Made by a program: the position numbers and the translations under genes
Assembly: GCA_964247135.1 (NCBI GenBank)
Contig: CAXTTL010000041.1
Span: forward strand, 1-26,627
DNA: 26,627 bases
DNA from: an uncultured Deinococcales bacterium
GTDB lineage: Bacteria > Deinococcota > Deinococci > Deinococcales > JAAFIG01
Direction: 5' to 3'
Notes under the pieces: model-generated
Seen by the model: only the letters and a program-made list of their open reading frames with translations
The model's database searches: none
What the model was told of the DNA's origin: nothing
Part shown: positions 1 to 7,556 of the stretch, piece after piece
Position numbering within the stretch: the first letter of the stretch is position 1
Layout: each line of letters starts with the position of its first letter

Positions 1-249
1 GTCGAGTTCCTAGACCGACATTTATGCTGCAAACATCGTGCCAGGTCGCGGCTCGAGTTCGCGCTCGAGCATGTCGCCGTGAATGTCCACAATGCCTGGA
101 ATGGCGGTCAAACCCCTGCCGTCAATGCTGGTGCCTGCGCGGCTCGGTTTGCCCTCAACGATCTCGGCAATCACCCCAGCCTCGAGCCGTATCGCGCCGC
201 GTTCGATCACGCCCTCTGGCAGAACCAGTTTTAAATCAGTAAGCCACAT
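1..249 (-). pseudogene. phnM: PhnM (alpha-D-ribose 1-methylphosphonate 5-triphosphate diphosphatase), 5' part; interrupted by two in-frame stops near the window edge (pseudogene or end-of-contig base errors)
   Basis: ATG at 249 after GAGGAG. MWLTDLKLVLPEGVIERGAIRLEAGVIAEI...IPGIVDIHGDMLERELEPRPG is the amidohydrolase/PhnM N-terminus. The frame continues FAA*MSV*ELD to the edge. It follows phnL. Confidence 0.75.
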
Positions 250-961
250 AATCAAGCTCCTCGAGCGGCGTTTCCAAAGCTTCATGCGAACTTTTAATCT
301 CCAGCCTGGCATCGATCAAACCCTGCATGTCCTCTGGATGGTGAAACACGCCGATCATGGCGACGCCGTCTTGCTTTAAAAGCTCGAGTCTGGTTTTCAG
401 GGCGGCTCGCGCCCGAACGTCCAGCGATGCGGTGGGTTCGTCCAAGAGCAGCAGACGCCGTGGTCGAATCAGGGCGCGGGCGAGGTTGACTTTTTGCTGT
501 TCGCCCCCCGAAAAGGTGCTCGGGTACGCCTGCCAGAGTTCGGGTTTTAAACCAAAAGTGTCGAGCATCTCCTCGGCACGCTCGAGCGACCTGGGGCGCG
601 ACATGCCATTTTGAAACAAGGGTTCAGCCACCAATTCCAGGGCGCTGACCCGAGGGCGAGGGTGCAAAAACTGCGCGACGTAACCAATTTCGCGCCGTCT
701 GAGCCAGGCGATGTCCTCGTCGGCTGCCCTGGCAAGATCAATCAAACCGCGCGTCGATTCAAACCAGGCACTGCCAGCGCTGGGGCGATTTGAGCGGTAA
801 ATGCAGCGCAACAGGGTGCTCTTGCCGACGCCGTTCGCACCCGAAACCAGCATCAATTTCCCAGCCTCGAGCGTCGCATCGATGCCATCGAAAGCTTGCA
901 CTTCGCGCCCCAGGTGATGGATCAAAAAGCTTTTGCTGAACGACTCGAGTTTTAAAATCAT
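236..961 (-). CDS. phnL: C-P lyase system ATP-binding protein PhnL
   Basis: Walker A GANGVGKST, FSGGEQQKVNLARA signature, LLLLDEPTASLD, IGVFHH; located in the phn operon directly before phnM. Confidence 0.93.
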   Translation of the reverse strand: MILKLESFSKSFLIHHLGREVQAFDGIDATLEAGKLMLVSGANGVGKSTLLRCIYRSNRPSAGSAWFESTRGLIDLARAADEDIAWLRRREIGYVAQFLHPRPRVSALELVAEPLFQNGMSRPRSLERAEEMLDTFGLKPELWQAYPSTFSGGEQQKVNLARALIRPRRLLLLDEPTASLDVRARAALKTRLELLKQDGVAMIGVFHHPEDMQGLIDARLEIKSSHEALETPLEELDYVAY

Positions 962-1728
962 GTGCTCATCCTTTGTGAGAAAGTCCTTGGGACTTCTAGG
1001 GTGTCCAGGTCTTCAATTCGTTTGACCCCGCGCCCGACCATCCGCGCAATGTCCAGCGGCATCCCGCTTTGCTGAATCGCAAAAATCGCATCATGAATGT
1101 TGTACTCGATTCGGTGATGGCAAACCTCGAGCGATTCGGTATCGAGCACCGCATAGGCGGCTCGGGTGTCACCGTCGATGCTGCGTCCAACCGCGCCAGG
1201 ATTGACCACGACCCTGGAAGAAATTTGACAGGCAAAAGCTTCATGGGTGTGACCGAGCACCAGCACGTCCGCATCGACCCGACTGACCAGCAGCGCCAGC
1301 TTCTCGAGGTCCTTGCTGTCGTACCAAGCGTCCAAATACTCGATGCCCGCGTGAAGCACCGCCACGTGGAGGCTGTCAAACACAAAATCCATGCGCCACG
1401 GCAGACCGTTCAAAAACCACTTGTCTCGAGGCTCGACGTGCGTGTTCGTCCAACCAATCGCGGCACGTTTGAGCGGTTCGGTGCGCTCCGAAGAAAGGTT
1501 GCGCGAGGCGGTCTCGTGCCCCAATGCCACCGCGTGATCGTAATTGCCGCGCACGCTGGGAATGCCGTGGGCGCGAAGCAGCGCAATGGTTTCTTGCGGA
1601 TTTGCGCCGTAAGTCACCAGGTCGCCGGCGCACAAAATAAAATCCACACCGTCGCAGCGAAGATCGTGCAAGACCGCCTGAAGCGCCTGAAGGTTGGCGT
1701 GAACATCCGAGATCAAACCGATTTTCAC
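958..1728 (-). CDS. Calcineurin-like metallophosphoesterase (YfcE/MJ0936-like)
   Basis: Motifs SDVHAN, GDLV, RGNYD, HAG, GHTH, NPG. GTG start overlaps the upstream stop (GTGA), and its stop overlaps the phnL ATG (ATGA). Confidence 0.9.
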   Translation of the reverse strand: MKIGLISDVHANLQALQAVLHDLRCDGVDFILCAGDLVTYGANPQETIALLRAHGIPSVRGNYDHAVALGHETASRNLSSERTEPLKRAAIGWTNTHVEPRDKWFLNGLPWRMDFVFDSLHVAVLHAGIEYLDAWYDSKDLEKLALLVSRVDADVLVLGHTHEAFACQISSRVVVNPGAVGRSIDGDTRAAYAVLDTESLEVCHHRIEYNIHDAIFAIQQSGMPLDIARMVGRGVKRIEDLDTLEVPRTFSQRMST

Positions 1729-2336
1729 AATGCACCGTATTTCTCGAGGAAGTTCTCAATATCGCCGCGAAAATCTGGAAGCCTGGTTTTGATGGTTTCA
1801 TGCGACCAATCCCACCAAGCCAATACCTCGAGGTTTTGGGCAATGTTTTTGGGAAATCGCTGTCGAATCGGTTTTGCGGGCACACCCGCCACTATCGAAT
1901 ACGGCGCAATGTCTTTGGTCACAACTGCACCCGCACCGATCACCGCACCGTTGCCAACCTTCACGCCCGCCATGATCGTGGCATTGTGCCCAATCCAAAC
2001 ATCGTGTCCAATAAAAACCGAATGCGAACGCCGCCACTCAAAAAATTCGGCATCGTCGTGACCCAGTTCAAACATCGCCGCACGGTAGGTAAAATGATGC
2101 GTGGTGGCACGCTCGAGCGGATGATTGCCAGGATTCAGGCGCACAAAACTTGCAATCGAGCAAAACTTCCCGACGCTCGAGAAATCCACCTGCGAATGCT
2201 CACCGATGTAGCTGTAATCGCCAAAACTCGAGTTTTCAATTCGGCAAAACGCCCCGATTTCGGTCCACGCGCCAAGCTCAGACGCCTTGACTCGAGCGCC
2301 AGAATGGATGGTGGGTGTGGTGGAAAGTTGGGTCAT
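1725..2336 (-). CDS. Hexapeptide-repeat (left-handed beta-helix) acetyltransferase, phosphonate-metabolism-associated type
   Basis: GDYSYI, VGKFCSIASFVRLNPGNHP, THHFTYR, IGHDVWIGHNATIMAGVKVGNGAVIGAGAVVTKD, WWDW. This family is known from phn clusters. Confidence 0.92.
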   Translation of the reverse strand: MTQLSTTPTIHSGARVKASELGAWTEIGAFCRIENSSFGDYSYIGEHSQVDFSSVGKFCSIASFVRLNPGNHPLERATTHHFTYRAAMFELGHDDAEFFEWRRSHSVFIGHDVWIGHNATIMAGVKVGNGAVIGAGAVVTKDIAPYSIVAGVPAKPIRQRFPKNIAQNLEVLAWWDWSHETIKTRLPDFRGDIENFLEKYGAL

Positions 2337-2404
2337 GGGTTAATTTCCGTTCGTAGCATTTTGGTTGACAAAGATCACGCCCTGTAAAATATTTTTGGAT
2401 TGTC

Positions 2405-2639
2405 GTAGGGGCGCTGCTTGCTGCGCCCTTGTTGGGGCGCCAACATTCATCAGAGATTTCAAATTCAATTTCTTGAAAAATTTCCTGTTTGGGATAAAAA
2501 CCACCAAGACGCTTAATAGGGCGAACCAATATCGCCCAAGGGTGAACACAAGGTTGTCTTGACCATAAAACGCACCTGTCTTGACCCTAAAGATGCACCT
2601 AACGGGCTGGGGCGCTTCGGGCATGGTCGCCACCCCTAC
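2405..2639. repeat. Cluster of REP-like palindromes with GTAG-headed units in inverted orientation, plus a short tandem repeat
   Basis: GTAG-GGGCGC-tgcttgct-GCGCCC (2405-2428); TGTTGG-ggcg-CCAACA (2430-2445); GGGCGA-accaata-TCGCCC (2519-2537); TGTCTTGACC...GCACC twice (2555-2576, 2577-2599); inverted end CCCCTAC (2633-2639). Confidence 0.6.
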
Positions 2640-2710
2640 AGGACATTTGTTTTGATGATTTTCGAGATTTGGAATTTTCATATTTTGATTTGGACTTTGA
2701 GACTGTCTGC

Positions 2711-3520
2711 TCACAACTTCGCGTGAACGAGTTGCTGCGTGTAGGCGTGTTGCGGGTCCTCGAGCACCTGATCGGTCAATCCAGATTCGACCACCCGCCC
2801 GCCGCGCATGACCATCACACGGTCTGCGAGTGTGCGAATCACGCCCAGGTCGTGCGAAACCAGAATCATGGTCATCTCGAGTTCAAATTGCAAGCGCTTG
2901 AGCGTGTCGAGCACCAGCGCCTGAACGCTGACATCCAAGCCCGTGGTCGGTTCGTCCAGCAGTAACAGTTTGGGTTTCATGGCGATGGCTTTGGCGAGTT
3001 GCACCCGTTGTTGCATCCCGCCCGAGAGGTGAATCGGCGGTTCGTCCATTCTGGCAATCGGGAATTCGCTGGCGGATAGGGATTCCCTGGCGGCGCGGCG
3101 CAGTTCGGCAAACCGTTTTTCACCCGCCAGTATCAGGCGTTCGGCGACATTGCCGCTCGAGGATTTGTGCATTCGTAGACCCAAATGCGGATTTTGGTAG
3201 ACGATGCCGATGTGATGCACGCGGGTTTCACGTTTTGCGAATCTATCCAGTTCAAATAAATTCTGCCCCGACAATTCGGGAATCTCGAGGTTATACGTGC
3301 CGGTGGTTTCGGGTTCTTCAAGATTTAAAAGGCGTAAAACGGTGCTTTTTCCGCTGCCAGATTCGCCGACAATGCCCAGCACCTCGCCAGGGTAAACGTG
3401 CAGGCTGACATCCTCGAGCGCCCGAATGCTGCCGTAATGTTTGCTGAGGTTTGAAACTTGCAGCAAGGGTTGCATCTCGAGCAGTCGCGGTGCCTCCAGG
3501 GTCATCTCGAGCAAGCTCAT
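2711..3520 (-). CDS. phnK: C-P lyase system ABC-ATPase-like protein PhnK
   Basis: GESGSGKST, YQNP, SSSGNVAERL, LSGGMQQRVQLAKA, DEPTTGLDVSVQA, GLTDQVLEDPQHAYTQQLV; ATGA overlap with phnJ. Confidence 0.93.
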   Translation of the reverse strand: MSLLEMTLEAPRLLEMQPLLQVSNLSKHYGSIRALEDVSLHVYPGEVLGIVGESGSGKSTVLRLLNLEEPETTGTYNLEIPELSGQNLFELDRFAKRETRVHHIGIVYQNPHLGLRMHKSSSGNVAERLILAGEKRFAELRRAARESLSASEFPIARMDEPPIHLSGGMQQRVQLAKAIAMKPKLLLLDEPTTGLDVSVQALVLDTLKRLQFELEMTMILVSHDLGVIRTLADRVMVMRGGRVVESGLTDQVLEDPQHAYTQQLVHAKL

Positions 3521-4458
3521 GCGTTGCCCTTCAAAAATCCTGTGATGTAAAAATTTGTGTCGTCATCAAAATAGGTCGCGCCAATTTCGATGCCCTCACC
3601 CGCCATTTGTCGCTCGAGTTTTTGTTTCAAACCTGTGTCTGAAAGTTGATAGCTCGAGCCGCCACCATCCTGCGGAATCTCGGACATGAATTTTCCGGTC
3701 GCACCCGTGCTGGCGTCCACCCAAGCGCGTTGGTCTTCGATCTGAAATGGCACGTCATCAAACTCGAGCGGGTAGACGTTTGTATACGGTGGCACGGCGT
3801 ACAGGCGTTTTTCGCGCCCCGCCGAAAGCAAAGTCAAGTGTGCCGCCTGATGGAGCTTTGGCGTGTCAAACCGTGGAATCGGACTGGGAGCCATCACATA
3901 ACGCCCGTTGACCAGCACGGGGTAATCCGCGCCGTAACTGACCTCGCGGTACTTGACCAAATCTTCGTACAGCCCGAGCCACAACAGCGCGTAATCGCCG
4001 TCGGCGTGCATCTCTCGAGCGCGGGCGTAACTCGGTTCGACCGTTGATAGGATTTCTGGCATGGGGACTTGCAAGACCAAAACCTGGCGCTCATTCAGCA
4101 TCTCTTCGGGAATGCGGTGGCGCGATTGAATTAGTGTTGCCTCGAGGGTATCGATGGTGGTTTTGACGCCAGTCATGCGGGCAATAAAACGGCGAAGATT
4201 GGCGGCATTCACGCTGTCGTCGTCGCCCTGATCGATCACCTTCACGGTGTGGTTTGCGCCGACCAGCGCCAGGCTGACCTGCAAACCGCCCGTCCCCCAA
4301 CCTCGAGCCATCGGCACCTCGCGGCTGGCATAGGGCACCTGATAACCAGGAATGGCGATGGCTTTTAAAATTTTGCGGCGCAATTCGCGTTTGGCAAATT
4401 CGTCCAAAAAAGCATAGGAATAATCTTGGCGTTCAAACGCCAGTTGCTCGAGTTTCAC
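3517..4458 (-). CDS. phnJ: PhnJ-family C-P lyase subunit, atypical (no cysteines); 313 aa from GTG at 4458
   Basis: YSYAFLDEFAKRELRRKILKAIAIPGYQVPYASREVPMARGWGTGGLQ, KVIDQGDDDSVNA, IQSRHRIPE, RYVMAPSPIPRFD, AGREKRLYAVPPYT. GTG overlaps the phnI stop (GTGA) with GAGGTG upstream. The 4704 start in the ORF track runs into phnI and is rejected. Confidence 0.93.
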   Translation of the reverse strand: MKLEQLAFERQDYSYAFLDEFAKRELRRKILKAIAIPGYQVPYASREVPMARGWGTGGLQVSLALVGANHTVKVIDQGDDDSVNAANLRRFIARMTGVKTTIDTLEATLIQSRHRIPEEMLNERQVLVLQVPMPEILSTVEPSYARAREMHADGDYALLWLGLYEDLVKYREVSYGADYPVLVNGRYVMAPSPIPRFDTPKLHQAAHLTLLSAGREKRLYAVPPYTNVYPLEFDDVPFQIEDQRAWVDASTGATGKFMSEIPQDGGGSSYQLSDTGLKQKLERQMAGEGIEIGATYFDDDTNFYITGFLKGNA

Positions 4459-5546
4459 GCGCCCACCTCTTCCAGTTCCGGCTTTAACGAACCGCCCGCC
4501 TGGGCTTTGCGAACGCGGTCGAGGTCGCTCGAGAAGGTCACGTAATGTGGCAGTTTGTAATGGATGCAAAAGCCCGATGCCTCGACGGGTTCGGTGTGCG
4601 ACAGCACGAATTCTTCGGTGTGCGCTGGGTGCGGGTTGGGCAGGCTCATGGCGACATCGAGCATGGAGGCGGCAATCAATTTGGTCTCGTTCCAGCCCAG
4701 GCACGCCGCAAATCCCAGGCTCAGTTCGGGCGGGGTTTTGCCGCTCGAGAATGGGGTCACGACCTCGGCGCTCGAGACGCGAACCCGCCCAGCCGAAAAT
4801 ACCGCGCCCGTGATCGGATGCTCGAGTTGCACCTCGGCGTAAGCAAGGCGCACCTCGTTGACGGTCGGGTGAATCCCGCCGTAACCGCGCATGTTGGAAT
4901 AACCCAGCGCCAAGATGCCGCCCGTGTCCGCCCGCGCAAGCGCCTGCAAGCGTTGCGCCCTGGGCGCGGGATAAATCGGTGGTTCGCGGGTGATGTCGGG
5001 CAGTGCAGCCACCTCTCGAGCCGTGTTGACGGCTGGCTCGAGTTCGCCACCAAGCAAGCCAACCTCGCGCTGCCAGTCGGTCAGTTTTGGGTAACTCGAG
5101 GGTGCGGCATCTTTGACCTCGAGTTTCGGCTCTTGGGTTGTTTCGGTTTCCAATACCTCGAGTTTGAGAACGCGGTGGCTGTAATCGAGCGTTGGTCCCA
5201 GAATTTGCCCGCCAGGAATGTCTTTGAACGCCGCGCTGATGCGCCGCACGACCATCGATTTTTCACTCGAGATTGGCAGGGCATAACACAGCCTCGGTTG
5301 CGTGCTGCGGTAGGCGCGAAGCAATAAGACCGCCTCGTACAAGTCGCCGCCCGTTTGTGCGAGCGCCAGCGCCGCCAGTTCGGGCGCGTACAACGAACCC
5401 TCGCCCATGACCCGATCCACCAAATACGGCATGTGCTTTTCAATGGCGCGAATGTGCTCGCGTTTCAAATCACCATTCAACAGGCGGTACAAGCTTTCAC
5501 TATTTTGAATCGCCTGTTCGCCACCTCGAGCCGCCACATAAGCCAT
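4455..5546 (-). CDS. phnI: C-P lyase complex subunit PhnI
   Basis: MAYVAARGGEQAI, VDRVMGEGSLYAPELAALALAQ, LLRAYRSTQPR, RRISAAFKDIPGGQILGPTLDYSHR, SGFCIHYKLPHYVTF. ATG at 5546 overlaps the phnH stop (TGATG). Confidence 0.95.
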   Translation of the reverse strand: MAYVAARGGEQAIQNSESLYRLLNGDLKREHIRAIEKHMPYLVDRVMGEGSLYAPELAALALAQTGGDLYEAVLLLRAYRSTQPRLCYALPISSEKSMVVRRISAAFKDIPGGQILGPTLDYSHRVLKLEVLETETTQEPKLEVKDAAPSSYPKLTDWQREVGLLGGELEPAVNTAREVAALPDITREPPIYPAPRAQRLQALARADTGGILALGYSNMRGYGGIHPTVNEVRLAYAEVQLEHPITGAVFSAGRVRVSSAEVVTPFSSGKTPPELSLGFAACLGWNETKLIAASMLDVAMSLPNPHPAHTEEFVLSHTEPVEASGFCIHYKLPHYVTFSSDLDRVRKAQAGGSLKPELEEVGA

Positions 5547-6121
5547 CAGTTGCCGCCCAAAATTTCGAGTTTGGTGCTGCGCGGAATGCCCACAAGCTTG
5601 CATTCGGCATGATCTCGAGCCACCAGCAACAAGTCCCAACCGAGCGGAAAGCTGACGATTCGGTTGCGGAGTTTAAAGACCTCGGGCGGCAAACCAGCCA
5701 CTTCGAGATTGGTCTTGTCTTGAATGCCCGCACCCGATAACTCGAGCTTTAGCCCAGATGAGAACCCGCAGGCGATCACCAAGGTCGCGCTCTGGTCTGG
5801 ATTGAGCAGCGTTCCAATCGGCGCGGATTCCAGCAAAAACAATTGCTCGAGCGAAAATGATGGGTAAAACTGATAGGCGGCTCGGTCGGCTGCCTCGCAA
5901 TGGGCGCCAGTCTTTTTGAATTTGGAACTGAGCGCGGTATCGGGCGTGAAAAAACTCGTCTCGAGGTCGAGCACGGTTTCGGCTATTGTCTCAAGTCCTG
6001 TTAAGTCGTGCTCGAGTGACGCAAAATGCTGAATTTCGCCAGGTCTTGAGAGCGCCCACATGAGCGCCGTAAAGGTCTGCTGCGAACGGGATTCTTGCTC
6101 GGTCAGGGTTGGCACAGCCAT
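5546..6121 (-). CDS. phnH: C-P lyase complex subunit PhnH
   Basis: SQQTFTALMWALSRPG, LDLET, GTLLNPDQSATLVI, LSGAGI, FPLGWDLLL, GIPRST. ATG at 6121 overlaps the phnG stop (TGATG). Confidence 0.92.
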   Translation of the reverse strand: MAVPTLTEQESRSQQTFTALMWALSRPGEIQHFASLEHDLTGLETIAETVLDLETSFFTPDTALSSKFKKTGAHCEAADRAAYQFYPSFSLEQLFLLESAPIGTLLNPDQSATLVIACGFSSGLKLELSGAGIQDKTNLEVAGLPPEVFKLRNRIVSFPLGWDLLLVARDHAECKLVGIPRSTKLEILGGN

Positions 6122-6546
6122 CAAAATGTCTCCATCTGTACACGGGTGCTTTCGACCTGAGCCAGCAAGTTGTGGTCTTGAAGCTCGAGGATTGATCGCT
6201 GGGCTGTCACAAACTCGAGAATCTGTGCTTGCGCCAAACCTTCGGTCCATGCCGCATCCAAAATGGCAATCGCCAGCGCCAACTCGAGGTCGCGCCCGAG
6301 CACCGCGTTGTAACCTTCAGACTTCCCAAGTTTCACTCGAGCGACACTTAAGAGCACTTCGCCCAAATGAAAGGTGGTTCCCTGGGCGCTGTCCACGGCG
6401 GGCAGCATCGCCAAACCCGTGCGATTCTCGAGGACGGTTAAACCGTATGGCTCGAGTTCTGGCAGCAAATCATCGGTGAAGATTTTGATGGCTTCGGGAT
6501 TTGAATTGTTCAAAATTGAAAGCATTTCTGCCTGAACCAGATTCAT
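6121..6546 (-). CDS. phnG: C-P lyase complex subunit PhnG
   Basis: TGLAMLP, FHLGEVLLSVARVKL, GYNAVLGRD, AIAILDA, VESTRVQMETF; lies between phnE and phnH. Confidence 0.9.
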   Translation of the reverse strand: MNLVQAEMLSILNNSNPEAIKIFTDDLLPELEPYGLTVLENRTGLAMLPAVDSAQGTTFHLGEVLLSVARVKLGKSEGYNAVLGRDLELALAIAILDAAWTEGLAQAQILEFVTAQRSILELQDHNLLAQVESTRVQMETF

Positions 6547-7370
6547 GTCAATCGCTCCCGAATTTTGGATGACAGGAAATCGACAAAAAACACCGAGATC
6601 ACGATCAGGGAAATAATCGCGCCTGCGGCTGGGAAATCAAAACCGCGAAGCGCCTCGTTCAAGAAAAACCCGATGCCGCCAGCGCCGACCAAACCGAGCA
6701 CCTGCGCCGCGCGAACGTTGGATTCAAAACGGTACAAGGTCATGGAGGCGATGTGCGGCAAGACCTGCGGAAAAACGCCGTGGGTAAAAGCTTGAAAGGC
6801 GTTGCCGCCCGCCGCCCGCACGGCTTCGATCTGCCCTGCATCCACGGTCTCGATGCCCTCAGAAAACAACTTGGCAAGAATGCCAGTGGTGTAGACCGCC
6901 AGCGCCAGAATGCCCGGAAAAGGTCCCAGACCGACCGCGACCACAAAGACCAACGCCAGCACGAACTCTGGCACGGCACGCAACAAATCGAGCACGCGAC
7001 GGGTGAGAAAGTAAATCACCGGATGCGGGCTGGTGTTTTTCGCCCCCAGAATTGAAAGTCCAATTGCAGGTACAATCGCCAGCGCCGTACCCCACATTGC
7101 CATTTTGATGGTCAGTAAAATTTGCTCGAGGTATTCTGGAAACCTCGAGAAATTGGGGGGTATAAATCCAGAGTTGGGCTTTTCGGCTGTCCCGAACAGC
7201 AACTTCCAGGATTCGCCAACGCCCTGCAACAATTTACCAACACTGATTTCCGTGCCAAAAAATGCCCAGACCATCAACGCCGCAATGCCGAGCCACATGA
7301 CGGTGCTCAGCAAGCGTTGGCGTTTGACTTTGGCTGGCGCCTCAATATTGATGGATTGAACACTTGTCAT
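6543..7370 (-). CDS. phnE: Phosphonate ABC transporter permease PhnE
   Basis: Hydrophobic helices; LRAVPEFVLAL, VGLGPFPGILALA, GILAKLFSEGIE, EAVRAAG loop, YRFESNVRAAQVLGLVGAGGIG. Confidence 0.95.
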   Translation of the reverse strand: MTSVQSINIEAPAKVKRQRLLSTVMWLGIAALMVWAFFGTEISVGKLLQGVGESWKLLFGTAEKPNSGFIPPNFSRFPEYLEQILLTIKMAMWGTALAIVPAIGLSILGAKNTSPHPVIYFLTRRVLDLLRAVPEFVLALVFVVAVGLGPFPGILALAVYTTGILAKLFSEGIETVDAGQIEAVRAAGGNAFQAFTHGVFPQVLPHIASMTLYRFESNVRAAQVLGLVGAGGIGFFLNEALRGFDFPAAGAIISLIVISVFFVDFLSSKIRERLT

Positions 7371-7415
7371 GGATTCCTTGAAAAATAATTCTGGATTTGT
7401 CTTTTTGAAAAGCGC

Positions 7416-7443
7416 TTGGGAGCATCAAACCCGATGCTCCCAA
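7416..7443 (-). promoter_or_regulatory. Intercistronic stem-loop between phnD and phnE (mRNA stabiliser or leaky terminator)
   Basis: Perfect 11-bp stem TTGGGAGCATC-aaaccc-GATGCTCCCAA; on the minus strand it is followed by GCGCTTTT. Confidence 0.65.
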
Positions 7444-7556
7444 ATGCACCGTATGACCCAAAAACTTACCCTCGAGCGATTCACAACGTTTTCAGATTGC
7501 TGAACTCGAGTTCTGAGATGAATCTCGGGGGGTGTCAGCCTCGAGACTCTGGAGGC

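Noticed and set aside
10-24. Stop-codon recoding to explain the phnM stops (no called gene here ends in TAG)
   Set aside because: TAA is one of the two stops and terminates many genes in the window; the lack of TAG among about 26 genes is unremarkable given how rare CTAG is here.
1725-2336. Chloramphenicol/streptogramin acetyltransferase (resistance gene) call
   Set aside because: Same fold as CatB/Vat, but the NPGNHP/THHFTYR motifs and operon coupling fit the phosphonate-associated subfamily.
1069-2387. 330-aa and 195-aa plus-strand ORFs
   Set aside because: Antisense to the clearly identified metallophosphoesterase and acetyltransferase genes.
2555-2599. Possible mini-CRISPR from the TGTCTTGACC repeats
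   Set aside because: Only two adjacent imperfect units, no spacers and no cas genes.
3600-3720. Frameshift as the cause of PhnJ Cys loss
   Set aside because: Conserved GxT, E and SDT residues remain in the same frame at near-canonical spacing, and the stop overlaps the phnK ATG.
4459-4704. Longer PhnJ N-terminus in the ORF track, which contains two Cys
   Set aside because: It lies inside phnI in another frame. Homology, RBS and the GTGA overlap place the start at 4458, so these Cys do not rescue the missing motif.
5547-6250. Extended starts for phnI (5639) and phnH (6250)
   Set aside because: They overlap the upstream genes; the TGATG-coupled ATGs at 5546 and 6121 match the family N-termini.
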